Shown piece by piece: positions 21,527 to 30,951 of a stretch of 64,000 nt of DNA. The DNA is from Clostridia bacterium (GTDB lineage Bacteria; Bacillota; Clostridia; CAKSNL01; HGM11501). Each line of letters begins with the position of its first letter. The first letter of the stretch is position 1. Below the pieces are notes generated by a model that saw only the letters and a list, made by a program, of their open reading frames with translations, was not told the origin of the DNA and did no database searches. The DNA is taken from contig CAAFWO010000017.1 in the NCBI GenBank assembly GCA_900766735.1, forward strand, positions 792-64,791. Direction: 5' to 3'. A program made the position numbers and the translations under genes.

Positions 21527-22771
21527 TTATTCATATAACGGAGAGAAATTTTTCGGAGCGTCGCCGAAATCGGGCACGTCCATCGTGATCCCGCCCTTTA
21601 ATGCGGACTCATGAGCGACAAGGTCGGGTACCATGTAACGTGCCGCGTCCCACGCATTGTTGGGAGGCAGCTTGTCGGCCTTAACCGCGCGGACGAAATC
21701 GTCTACCAAGAAGGGATGCGAATTATAGTGCGCGTGAATGTTCTTCTCCCTGAACGGTTCGGGAAGCCTTGAAAGATCCTGAATCGGCGAAAAGCCCTCG
21801 ATATAGCGCACAGAGCAGGGATCTTTAGTCATATCTATCGTTCCGGCGTGCTTATCTTCGACATAGCGGTAGGTATTGATGAGCTCGTCAAGATACTCGA
21901 TCCTCAGACCGTCGGGCGCGCTGTGACCGCGCTGGAAAGTGTGCTGAGTGACGCTGCACTCATACGAGCCCTCATCTCCGTAAAACGCCGTGATGTAGGA
22001 CGACGGCTTGTTGATACCGACTCTCCTGAACTCGTTGACCCTCATCACTCCTCCGCCGGAGAGCGAGAAGAGCGCCGTTTCGTTGGAAAACGGGTTGTCC
22101 CAGTAGTTTTTACCGTTGCCGTATATATCGTCGGCATTGTGATCTTCATAGCCGAAGCACGAAACCTTTTTGATATGCTCGCCGGGAAGTGCCGAAAGGA
22201 TCATCGAGATCGAGTGCGTGGGATAGAACATCGGCGGTATACCGGCCGGCTTTCTCCAATCGTCGCCGGCAGAGTGCTTGAAATCGGCATACATCTCGCT
22301 GATGTCGTGATAATACTGCGATTCGCCGTAAACGAACTTACCGAAACCGCCCTCTTTGTATTTTTGGCGGCAGTAGATCGCGCAGGGATAATAGTAGCAC
22401 GTCTCGCCCATCATATAGACCTTGCCTGTTTTCTTGACGGTTTCGATTATCTCGCCTATCTCGTCGATCTCGCAGGCGATCGGAACGGCGGAATACACAT
22501 TCTTCCCGGCCTCGAGCGCCTTGATGACCATCGGCCCGTGAAGATGGCGCTGTGTGAAGATCGCGACCGAGTCGATGTCGGGCGCCTCGGCGAGCATCTC
22601 GTCGAGGCCTAAATAACCGCGCTTTAAGCCGTGGCGAGTCATTGCGTCCTTCACGCGCTCGGGCACAACGTCCGCGATGACGACCTCCTCAACATCGGGA
22701 TGAAGCTTAAAAAGTCTGATAAAGTCGCCGGAGAAAAACCCTGCGCCGACGACGCCTATTTTAATACCCAT
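21527..22771 (-). CDS. Gfo/Idh/MocA family NAD(P)-dependent oxidoreductase with long C-terminal extension (start at MGIKIGVVGAG)
   Basis: Rossmann fold GVVGAGFFS with an EKP motif region. GAGGTG RBS before the internal ATG at 22771. Confidence 0.8.
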   Translation of the reverse strand: MGIKIGVVGAGFFSGDFIRLFKLHPDVEEVVIADVVPERVKDAMTRHGLKRGYLGLDEMLAEAPDIDSVAIFTQRHLHGPMVIKALEAGKNVYSAVPIACEIDEIGEIIETVKKTGKVYMMGETCYYYPCAIYCRQKYKEGGFGKFVYGESQYYHDISEMYADFKHSAGDDWRKPAGIPPMFYPTHSISMILSALPGEHIKKVSCFGYEDHNADDIYGNGKNYWDNPFSNETALFSLSGGGVMRVNEFRRVGINKPSSYITAFYGDEGSYECSVTQHTFQRGHSAPDGLRIEYLDELINTYRYVEDKHAGTIDMTKDPCSVRYIEGFSPIQDLSRLPEPFREKNIHAHYNSHPFLVDDFVRAVKADKLPPNNAWDAARYMVPDLVAHESALKGGITMDVPDFGDAPKNFSPLYE

Positions 22772-22885
22772 AAATAACACCTCGCTGATTTTTTTGTACA
22801 AGTACACTATAGCCCCGTGAGCAAAAAAATTCAATGGATAAAACACGCGTTAATTTGTATTTTTCGTTTAATAAATAAAGGGTAA

Positions 22886-23737
22886 ATGGCGTCTTTGCAG
22901 AAATATAATAGCGAGGTGAGAATTTTGATTCGTGATATATCGGAGATTTTGGACGCTGAGCTTTTGATAAAGAACACGGCGTTTGCGCAAAACTATAACG
23001 TCGTCCCTCCCGTACCGACTTTCTGCCGTGCCGGCGATAAGCCGTATTCAAGGCTTTTCTATATCAAACAGGGCGCGATGGAGTTTTACACTTTGGACAA
23101 AAAAGAGAAGATTTTAACTGCGGAAGAAGGCGCGGTCCTTTATCTTCCCTGCGACTTTGAATATTACTCCGAATGGAAAAACGGCGAACGGGGCGCGTAT
23201 GAAACGGTGCTTTTTACGCTTTGGGAAAACGATGAGCATATCGAGCTTTCGAATGCAGTTACGCTCCTCGTTTCGCCGGAGGAAAACCGCTTTGAAGAGA
23301 ACTTTTCCGATCTTAAAAAGGTGTGGCTTGCCGGTGCACTCGGCTACAGGCTGGAGTTTAAGGCAAGGGTCTATCTCCTGTTAAAGGCTGTTGCGCTCTC
23401 CAAGATGAAAAAAGAGGTTAAGGCCAAGTTCAAAAGCATATATAAAGGCATTATGCACATCGAGAACAACTACCTTGAGGACACTTGTATAGAAGAGCTT
23501 GCCCAAATGTGCCATGTCAGCACGAGCACATTCCGCCGGCTTTTCGTGGAGTATAAGGGCGAAACGCCGATAAAATACCGCAACATTCTGCGTTTAAAGC
23601 GCGCCGAAGAGCTCTTAAAAAGCGGCGAATATACTGTTTCGGAGGCCGCGGAGGCCTCCGCGATACCGGATGTGGCGTATTTTTCAAAGTTGTTCAAAAA
23701 AGTCATCGGTATCTCCCCGTCCGAAATCAAAAAATAA
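22886..23737 (+). CDS. AraC family transcriptional regulator (cupin-like N-domain + AraC HTH)
   Basis: C-terminal ...STSTFRRLFVEYKGETPIKYRNILRLKRAEELL...VAYFSKLFKKVIGISPSE. Confidence 0.85.
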   Translation: MASLQKYNSEVRILIRDISEILDAELLIKNTAFAQNYNVVPPVPTFCRAGDKPYSRLFYIKQGAMEFYTLDKKEKILTAEEGAVLYLPCDFEYYSEWKNGERGAYETVLFTLWENDEHIELSNAVTLLVSPEENRFEENFSDLKKVWLAGALGYRLEFKARVYLLLKAVALSKMKKEVKAKFKSIYKGIMHIENNYLEDTCIEELAQMCHVSTSTFRRLFVEYKGETPIKYRNILRLKRAEELLKSGEYTVSEAAEASAIPDVAYFSKLFKKVIGISPSEIKK

Positions 23738-23829
23738 AAGATAAAGTGCTTGTTTTGTACAAGTACTTTATCTTTTTATACATTGTTTTTTTCATCGGTT
23801 GAATGTAAAATAAATATGAGGTGAAAAAG

Positions 23830-24609
23830 ATGAAATTTTCGGTATGCATCGATATGATGTTTTCATATCTTGATTTTTACGACCGTTTTGCCGCGGTCAA
23901 AAATTCGGGGCTCGGCACGGTTGAGTTCTGGAAATGGTCCGTCAAGGACATTTTAAGGGTACAAAAGGTTTTATCCGAAAACGAAATGAACCTAAGCTTA
24001 ATGAATATCGACGTAAAAGACGACGAAGAGCTCTCATATGACCTTTCGCGCGGAATTTTGAATAAAAAGCGCTCGGGCGACCTGATACGCGCGATCGAGG
24101 AGTCCGCGATCGCGTGCGATAGGTTGGACTGCCGGAACCTTATAGTCCTGATCGGCGAAACGGAGGACGGCGTTTCTTATGAAGAGCAGAAGGAAAACGT
24201 TTTTTCCTCGCTTTGCGATGCCGCGCCCTATGCCGAGAAGAACGGCGTCACGCTTATGGTCGAGCCGCTCAACGCCTATGACCGCAAAAATTACTTTATG
24301 CCGGAAAGTGACCCGGCGGCAGATATTATCCGCGCGGTGGGGAGCAAAAACATCAAAATGCTTTTTGACATCTACCATCAGCAGAGGACAGAGGGCAACA
24401 TTCTGGAGCGTATCGAAAAAAACATCGATATAATCGGCCATTTTCACGTGGCGGACAGCCCGAAAAGGACAGAGCCCGGAACAGGCGAGCTTAACTGGAA
24501 AAACATTTTGAGCGCGATCGAAAAGACGGGCTATCCGGGCTATGTCGGCCTTGAATACAGAGCGACCCGCCCCGATAATGAAACGCTCGGATTTACAAAG
24601 GAGATCTGA
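23830..24609 (+). CDS. Sugar phosphate isomerase/epimerase (xylose isomerase-like TIM barrel; hydroxypyruvate isomerase-like)
   Basis: MKFSVCIDMMF..., with GLEY and HxAD metal-binding motifs. Confidence 0.8.
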   Translation: MKFSVCIDMMFSYLDFYDRFAAVKNSGLGTVEFWKWSVKDILRVQKVLSENEMNLSLMNIDVKDDEELSYDLSRGILNKKRSGDLIRAIEESAIACDRLDCRNLIVLIGETEDGVSYEEQKENVFSSLCDAAPYAEKNGVTLMVEPLNAYDRKNYFMPESDPAADIIRAVGSKNIKMLFDIYHQQRTEGNILERIEKNIDIIGHFHVADSPKRTEPGTGELNWKNILSAIEKTGYPGYVGLEYRATRPDNETLGFTKEI

Positions 24610-24612
24610 TTT

Positions 24613-25725
24613 ATGGACAGGATCAAGGTTTGCATAATAAGCTGCGGAATGATAGCAAACAAGGCGCACATTCCGGCATATCTGAACCGGGAGGACGCGT
24701 TTTTCGTTTCCGCCGTGTCTGACGTGTCGGAAAAGGCGGCGCGCGGGACCTCGGAGCGCTTTAATATCGGCAACTGGTATACGAACGCGGAGGAGATGCT
24801 CATAAAGGAGCGGCCGGACCTTGTTTCCGTCTGCGTGCCGAATAAGTTTCACAAGGAATACACGCTTTTAGCGCTTTCGCACGGGGCAAACGTCCTTTGC
24901 GAAAAGCCTGTGGCATATACCTATGGCGACGCGCTCGAGATGTATAATCTCGCGAAGGAAAAGGGGAGGCTTTTGGTCGCATGCCAGTCCATGCGCTATA
25001 CCCCGGATCGCATCGCCGCGCATGAGCTCATTGAAGAAGGCGTTCTGGGCAACATTTATTATGCGGAGCTTTCGCGAATCCGCCGCCGCGGAATTCCAGC
25101 CTGGGGCAAATTCCACATCCGCTCCGAGTCAGGGGGAGGCGCGTTCTTGGATATCGGCGTGCATATGATAGACTCGCTCCTGTGGCTGATGGGAAACCCG
25201 GAGATAGAGTCCGTCTCCGGCACGGCGTGCGCCATGATCGCGCATCAGGAAAAACAGCTTAAAAGCAGTCTTTCCGAGAGCGGCGCGCTCGGCGGAGTGG
25301 ACCTTGGGCGAAGCTACAGCGAAAAAGAGTTCGATGTGGAGGACTTCGCCTCGGGAAGCGCATATTTCAAAAACGGCGCGAGGGTGAATTTCAAGGTCGC
25401 GTGGGCGGTCAATCTGCCGGACGAAACGTCGATGAAGATCGTCGGCGATTCGGCAGGCCTCTCTCTCCCCTCTTTGGAGCTTTACGGCAGCGCCGGAAGC
25501 TTTCAGTCGGACTTTTTCCCCAAGGTCGCAAACGACGACAAATATAAAACGAAGGAGTTCGGCGGCCACTTTCACCTAATCGACCATCTGGCGGACGTTA
25601 TGCTAAAGGGCGAGCCTTTGATGATACGGCCGGAGGAAACAATTAACACCGCCGCATTTATCGACCTTTTCTATAGGTCGGCAGAGCTAAAGCGCGAAGT
25701 CACGATCGGCGAAATAAAGGGCTGA
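24613..25725 (+). CDS. Gfo/Idh/MocA family oxidoreductase
   Basis: N-terminal Rossmann fold plus the EKP motif (LCEKPVA). Confidence 0.85.
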   Translation: MDRIKVCIISCGMIANKAHIPAYLNREDAFFVSAVSDVSEKAARGTSERFNIGNWYTNAEEMLIKERPDLVSVCVPNKFHKEYTLLALSHGANVLCEKPVAYTYGDALEMYNLAKEKGRLLVACQSMRYTPDRIAAHELIEEGVLGNIYYAELSRIRRRGIPAWGKFHIRSESGGGAFLDIGVHMIDSLLWLMGNPEIESVSGTACAMIAHQEKQLKSSLSESGALGGVDLGRSYSEKEFDVEDFASGSAYFKNGARVNFKVAWAVNLPDETSMKIVGDSAGLSLPSLELYGSAGSFQSDFFPKVANDDKYKTKEFGGHFHLIDHLADVMLKGEPLMIRPEETINTAAFIDLFYRSAELKREVTIGEIKG

Positions 25726-25743
25726 GGAAGATCCTCAGCCCTT

Positions 25744-26373
25744 TTAAAATTCTTTTGCCTTGGGCAAACTCCAGTGAAACTTTGCCGCGAGAAAGCGGAT
25801 CGCAACGATCAAGACGAGCCCGGCGCTCATCGCATAATACTCGCCGAAGCCCCAGAGAAGGTATGAGACAAGCGCACCGGCGATCGCGGCGCAGGCATAT
25901 ATGTGCTTGACGAAGATGTAGGGCCGTTCACCGGCGAAAACATCGCGCAGAACTCCGCCGCCGACGCCTGTCACGACAGAGATAAACGTTAAAAGAAGCG
26001 GATTTTCTGAGAATCCGGAATCGATGCCGACCTTAAGGCCGCAGACCGTGAATATCCCGAGCCCCAATGAATCGGTCACGAGCATTAAAATTTCATATAA
26101 ATGCGGCCGCGAGGTGATGAAGTGGCGGAGCTTCGGAATGAAGATCAGAACCGACGTGATGATCGAAATCAAAATATAGCGCGAATTCATAAGCGCGGAC
26201 GGCGGCGTCAGCCCGAGTGTGATGTCGCGGATCATTCCGCCGCCGACGGCGGCCGTGATGCCCAAAATGCACACGCCGAAAATATCCATATTCTTCTTAA
26301 GCGCCGTCACCGCGCCGGACAAGGCGAACGAAACGGTGCCCACGATCTCTAAAAACAAAATAAATAAATCCAT
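25744..26373 (-). CDS. UPF0126/TRIC-family (trimeric intracellular cation channel-like) membrane protein
   Basis: Two repeats of the GGG(M/V)(I/L)RD motif within about 7 transmembrane segments. Confidence 0.75.
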   Translation of the reverse strand: MDLFILFLEIVGTVSFALSGAVTALKKNMDIFGVCILGITAAVGGGMIRDITLGLTPPSALMNSRYILISIITSVLIFIPKLRHFITSRPHLYEILMLVTDSLGLGIFTVCGLKVGIDSGFSENPLLLTFISVVTGVGGGVLRDVFAGERPYIFVKHIYACAAIAGALVSYLLWGFGEYYAMSAGLVLIVAIRFLAAKFHWSLPKAKEF

Positions 26374-26437
26374 AGCCCTTCCTCCATGAAAATATAATAC
26401 TAAAAAATATTATATGTGTCAAGTATCGGGAGCGTGA

Positions 26438-26470
26438 AAAAGTGCACCGACCTTTCGGTCGGTGCACTTA
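26438..26470. terminator. Bidirectional terminator (aagtgcaccgacc tttc ggtcggtgcactt)
   Basis: 13-bp perfect stem. Confidence 0.65.
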
Positions 26471-26472
26471 AA

Positions 26473-27951
26473 TTATTTAAGAATCTTTTTAAAGTCCTCA
26501 TATGCGCTGTCCCAAGCGGCAGTTTCCTGAGGCTCGTAGCAGACGGGCTCGAACGACGCTTTAACGATCTGTCTTGCCTCGTCCAAGGTCTTGATCTCGC
26601 CGAGAGCCATGAGCTGTGCGGCGATGTTACCCATTGAGGTCGCCTCAACAGGGCCGGCAACGACTCTTCTGCCCGTCGCGTTAGCGGTGAACTGGCAGAT
26701 CATCTTATCCTTGATTCCGCCGCCCACAAGGTGAACAACGTCGATTTTCTTGCCGAAGATCTCTTCAAGGCATTCGATGGAATAGCGGTATTTCATCGCA
26801 AGGCTCTGCGCTATGCAGCGTGTGACAGGGCCAATTCCATCGGGAATGGGCTGATTTGTATTTTTGCAGAACTCGGCAATGAATTTCGGCATATTTCCGG
26901 GGCCGGAAAAACCGGTGTAGTCCGGATCGATGAAGCTTTCAAACGGCTTTGCGTTCCATGCTGCCTGCTCCATATCGTCAAACGACAGCGCCTTGCCCTC
27001 TCTTTTCCACTGACGGCGGCTCTCCTGAATGATCCACAGACCCATAACGTTTTTAAGGAAGCGGATAGTCTTGTTGATACCGCCCTCGTTGGTGAAGTTG
27101 TATTTCGCGGAAAGGTCGTTTATCAAGGGCTTGTCGATCTCGACGCCTAAAAGCGACCATGTTCCGCAGCTTATGTAAACATAGCTTTCGTCCTTCTCGG
27201 CCGGAACAGCCGCAACGGCGGACGCCGTGTCGTGCGATGCGACAGCGGCAATGGGAACGGAGCCGATTCCGAGCTCTTCCGCAATTTCGGGGAGCACCTT
27301 GCCCATGATCTTTCCGGGGTGGATAACGTTTGTGAATATCTTTTTGGGAAGGCCGAGCTTTTCAATGATGCCCCATGCCCAATCGTCTGTCACCGAGTTA
27401 TAAAGCTGGCTGGTGGAGGCGATCGAATACTCCGTCACCTTTTCGCCGGTTAAGAAATAATTGAAAAGGTCGGGGATCATCAGCATCGTCTCGGCGTTTT
27501 CGAGAGCCGGAGAGCCGGAAAGCTTGTCGGCAAGAAGCTGATATATCGTGTTGAAGTTGGCGAACTGGATTCCGGTTTCGGAATAGATCTCGTCCTTGCT
27601 TATGTATTTTTCGATGTCGTTGAAGATCGGGAACGTCCTCGGGTCGCGGTAGTTGTGCGGATTTGCCAAAAGCCTTCCCGTTTTGTCAAGCAGTCCGTAG
27701 TCAACGCCCCATGTGTCGATACCGATCGAGGCGATGTCGCGGTTTCCTTCCATCGCGGTTTTGTTGATTCCGGTCTTGATCTCGAAAAAGAGCCTTAAAA
27801 TGTCCCAGTAAAGGTCTTTGCCGACTGCGACGAAATCGTTTGAAAAGCGGTGAGTTTCGTTAAGTGTCACCTTTTTGCCGTCATACTCGGCCAGGATCGC
27901 TCTTCCCGAGCTTGCGCCGAAGTCGTATGCCAGAACTTTGAGATTTGCCAT
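26473..27951 (-). CDS. FGGY-family carbohydrate kinase, rhamnulokinase-like
   Basis: The YDFGASSGR N-terminus and the DTWGVDYGLLD motif resemble RhaB. Confidence 0.78.
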   Translation of the reverse strand: MANLKVLAYDFGASSGRAILAEYDGKKVTLNETHRFSNDFVAVGKDLYWDILRLFFEIKTGINKTAMEGNRDIASIGIDTWGVDYGLLDKTGRLLANPHNYRDPRTFPIFNDIEKYISKDEIYSETGIQFANFNTIYQLLADKLSGSPALENAETMLMIPDLFNYFLTGEKVTEYSIASTSQLYNSVTDDWAWGIIEKLGLPKKIFTNVIHPGKIMGKVLPEIAEELGIGSVPIAAVASHDTASAVAAVPAEKDESYVYISCGTWSLLGVEIDKPLINDLSAKYNFTNEGGINKTIRFLKNVMGLWIIQESRRQWKREGKALSFDDMEQAAWNAKPFESFIDPDYTGFSGPGNMPKFIAEFCKNTNQPIPDGIGPVTRCIAQSLAMKYRYSIECLEEIFGKKIDVVHLVGGGIKDKMICQFTANATGRRVVAGPVEATSMGNIAAQLMALGEIKTLDEARQIVKASFEPVCYEPQETAAWDSAYEDFKKILK

Positions 27952-27978
27952 AAGAAAAATCCTCCTTAAAATAATGGT

Positions 27979-28959
27979 TTATCCTTTTTTCATAAAGCGG
28001 ATGTCGTTTCCGCAGAATTTTAATATCGTAAAATCGCCGATGATGCGCGAGAGCGTGCGCTCTGAATAAACGCGCTTGATGTCCTGAAGCGAAAGATTCG
28101 TGCTGACAATGGTCTTCTTTTTCGTCAAAAGCCTCGTATTTAATATCCTGAAAAGCTCCGACACCGAAAAGTCCGAAATAAACTCGGTCCCGAGGTCATC
28201 CAAGATCAGAAGGTCGCAGTCCGTGAGCCGTTTCGCCGTGTAAACGTCGGCCTCCTCGTTTGTTTTGGAAAACTTTATCTTATCCAAAAGCGTGAAGACG
28301 ACACCGGCGCTCTGATATATGACGCTGACGCCGCGGCTTATGAGGCTGTTCGCGATGCAGGAGGACAAAAACGTCTTCCCGAGCCCGGTCTGGCCGGTGA
28401 ATAAAAGGTTATCGTCCAAAGACTCGAAATTCTCCGCAAAGCGCTTGCAGACAGTGAGTATCCTTTCCATGACCGCGCGCGGATGCTCGCCGCCGTCCCC
28501 GAGCACCTCAGGATAGAGCGAAAGATCGAAATCCTCAAAGCGGTTTTTGGAAAGCGCCGCGAGGTTGGACTCCGAGAACACCGCCTCGATCAGCTTCTTT
28601 TTAAAGCACTCGCAGTATGAGTTGTCGATAAAGCCCTCGTCGCGGCAATACGGGCAGTCATACGGCGGATTTAAGAAATTTTTGTCGTAGCCCGCGCCCT
28701 CGATCAGCGCGTCGCGCTTTTTGGTGAGCGAGACTGAGCGTGAATGGATCTCCTCTGCCGCCTTCTCGGGGTCATACCCTTCGGCGACGCGGCGGAATAC
28801 CGAAAAGCTGATCGACGCGATCTCGTCGTCAAGCTTTTTAAGCTCCGGAATTTCGGAATATAAAAGAGAGCGCCTGTTGTTGATAAGCTCCGCCCTCGCT
28901 CGTTTTTTCGCTTCGAACTCGCCCGCGACTGCGGCGGCGATGCTCTTGTCGTACGGCAT
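27979..28959 (-). CDS. DnaC/DnaI-like helicase loader (IstB-like AAA+ ATPase with N-terminal Zn-ribbon)
   Basis: Walker A TGQTGLGKTFL, Walker B LLILDDLG and an N-terminal CPYC...CEC. Confidence 0.8.
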   Translation of the reverse strand: MPYDKSIAAAVAGEFEAKKRARAELINNRRSLLYSEIPELKKLDDEIASISFSVFRRVAEGYDPEKAAEEIHSRSVSLTKKRDALIEGAGYDKNFLNPPYDCPYCRDEGFIDNSYCECFKKKLIEAVFSESNLAALSKNRFEDFDLSLYPEVLGDGGEHPRAVMERILTVCKRFAENFESLDDNLLFTGQTGLGKTFLSSCIANSLISRGVSVIYQSAGVVFTLLDKIKFSKTNEEADVYTAKRLTDCDLLILDDLGTEFISDFSVSELFRILNTRLLTKKKTIVSTNLSLQDIKRVYSERTLSRIIGDFTILKFCGNDIRFMKKG

Positions 28960-28974
28960 TTAACTCCCCCTCCT

Positions 28975-29991
28975 TTAGTTAACGGTCAGCGTGCTTTGAC
29001 CGGCGATCTTGTCAAGCTCCTCGTCCGAATACGAACGGGTGCCGGAGTATGAGGCGAACTTCGTTTTCGGCGCGGGTCTGGCCGCTTTTGGCTCTTTTTT
29101 CACCTCGCGCTCCGCCTCGTCAACGGTGCTGATGCCGGCCGTTTTCCAGTTTTGCAATATCGCGTTCATATAGTGATAGCTCGCCTTGCCGGTGTTTAAG
29201 ATAGTCTTGTCATAGGCAAGCTTTATCATCTCGTCCGAAAAACCCATATTTTCGCTCCACTCGATAAGGTGGTGATACTCCGCGTCTCCAAGATCGCGCC
29301 CGGAGATGCCGAGGAGCTTTTTAAAGCGGCGCTTGGTCTTTCCGGCCTTTTCGAGCGCACAAAGATGCGCCGAGGCCTTCTCCGGAGTGTTGATCCCCAT
29401 ATCGTACCATGAGAGGGCGACCTTCTCGATGTAGCGCATCGCCTTTTTGTCAAGCGACGCGCAGTGCTCGATGATCATTAAGATGACCTCGACCGGGAGC
29501 GAAAGCCAGTCATAGAAGCTGTAGAGCGTCATCGTGTCGTTCTGCGAAAGCGGACGGCCCAAAAGCATGTGCGCATGCTCATACATCTCGGCCAGCGTGC
29601 GGTCGGACGACTGACGGTCGGCGATCTCGCTCATCTTGTATGCCGGGCGTGACGGCATTTCACCTTCCGCCTTCTCCTCCTTTTTGGGAGCGATGGACGA
29701 AAGATCCGAAAACTGAACCAGAAAGTCCGACGGGTCGGACTCGGAATTATAGATAAGCGTCACGACGCCGCGGCTCTCCCAGTATTTCCATGCCTTGATA
29801 ACGTCGCTCTCTAAAATCGAAAGTGACGACGCAACGTCGGCAACAGTGGACTTCGGATTTTCCGAATAGCACTGACGGTAGCCGTAAATATAAACCGCAA
29901 TAAAGGTCGGGTTCGCGTCCTTCATGCAGTAATCAACAAATTCGCAGGGAATGCAGAAGACCTGATTCCTGCCGAGAGAGAAACCTGCCAT
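28975..29991 (-). CDS. DnaD-domain replication initiation/membrane attachment protein (start at MAGFSLG with AAGGTGAGG RBS)
   Basis: DnaD-domain-like C-terminal half. Lies upstream of the dnaI-like gene, as in the Bacillus dnaB-dnaI arrangement. Confidence 0.78.
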   Translation of the reverse strand: MAGFSLGRNQVFCIPCEFVDYCMKDANPTFIAVYIYGYRQCYSENPKSTVADVASSLSILESDVIKAWKYWESRGVVTLIYNSESDPSDFLVQFSDLSSIAPKKEEKAEGEMPSRPAYKMSEIADRQSSDRTLAEMYEHAHMLLGRPLSQNDTMTLYSFYDWLSLPVEVILMIIEHCASLDKKAMRYIEKVALSWYDMGINTPEKASAHLCALEKAGKTKRRFKKLLGISGRDLGDAEYHHLIEWSENMGFSDEMIKLAYDKTILNTGKASYHYMNAILQNWKTAGISTVDEAEREVKKEPKAARPAPKTKFASYSGTRSYSDEELDKIAGQSTLTVN

Positions 29992-30113
29992 AATAAAAGC
30001 CTCACCTTGGTAATAAATCAATGAACAAAAGTCATACAATAATATGATAGCACAATTTTTATCATTCTTCAATAACAATTTTAAATTTTGCAAAATTTAT
30101 GGGAGGTTTGCTG

Positions 30114-30917
30114 ATGTTTACCTACGAGGAACTTGTAAGGACAATGGATCATGCCGAGGCGCACTCCGCCGGCCGGAGCGTCTGGGGGCGCGAGCTGTGG
30201 TGGTATAAGCTGGGGAGCGGAGGAAAAAAGCTCTTTTTGAACGGCACGCACCACGGAAACGAATATATCACGGCGCGGCTGTGCGCGGACTATTATAATG
30301 AAGGGAAAATTCCGGACGGCTGGAGCGTTTACATAATGCCGATGGTGAACCCGGACGGCGCGGCCGTTTCCCAGGGGCTGCTGCCCAAGAGCACGGCGAT
30401 ATATGAGAACCTGCGCCGTATGAACGGATGGAACGACATATACCGCTCGTGGCAGGCGAACGCGAACGGGGTCGATCTAAATCACAATTACGACGCAGAC
30501 TTTAGCCAGATCGAGCCGCACGGCCCGTCGCGCTGTGCCGGCCGCTATCCTGAAAGCGAGCCGGAGACCCGCGCGGTCGTGAATTTCGTGAGGAGCGAGA
30601 ATTTCGATATGGTGATATGCTTACATTCGCAGGGCGAGGTAATTTATCACGGTTTCAAGGGCTTCTACCCCAAAGGGAGCGCCGAGATAGCCGCGGCAAT
30701 GGCAAAAATATCGGGCTACGCGGTCGAAGAGCCGGAGAAAGCGGCCTCCTTCGGCGGAATGAAGGACTGGTTCGTGGATAAATTCAAAAGGCCGGGCTTC
30801 ACCGTCGAGGTCGGAAAAGGTAAAAATCCGATCGACGAAGGCCAGACCGGGGAGATCGAAAAACGCCTGTTCGGCGCAATTGACGCGGCGATGTTGACTT
30901 ATGATGAGGTTTTGTGA
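30114..30917 (+). CDS. M14 family zinc carboxypeptidase (gamma-D-glutamyl-diamino acid peptidase-like)
   Basis: HGNEY zinc-ligand motif and the LHSQGE motif. GGGAGG RBS before the internal ATG. Confidence 0.8.
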   Translation: MFTYEELVRTMDHAEAHSAGRSVWGRELWWYKLGSGGKKLFLNGTHHGNEYITARLCADYYNEGKIPDGWSVYIMPMVNPDGAAVSQGLLPKSTAIYENLRRMNGWNDIYRSWQANANGVDLNHNYDADFSQIEPHGPSRCAGRYPESEPETRAVVNFVRSENFDMVICLHSQGEVIYHGFKGFYPKGSAEIAAAMAKISGYAVEEPEKAASFGGMKDWFVDKFKRPGFTVEVGKGKNPIDEGQTGEIEKRLFGAIDAAMLTYDEVL

Positions 30918-30951
30918 TAAAATATAGAAAAAAACGTCGGGAGGCGATAGC

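Noticed and set aside
24034-24852. 272-aa minus ORF antisense to the isomerase/oxidoreductase genes
   Set aside because: Arg-rich artefact of GC-rich antisense strand.
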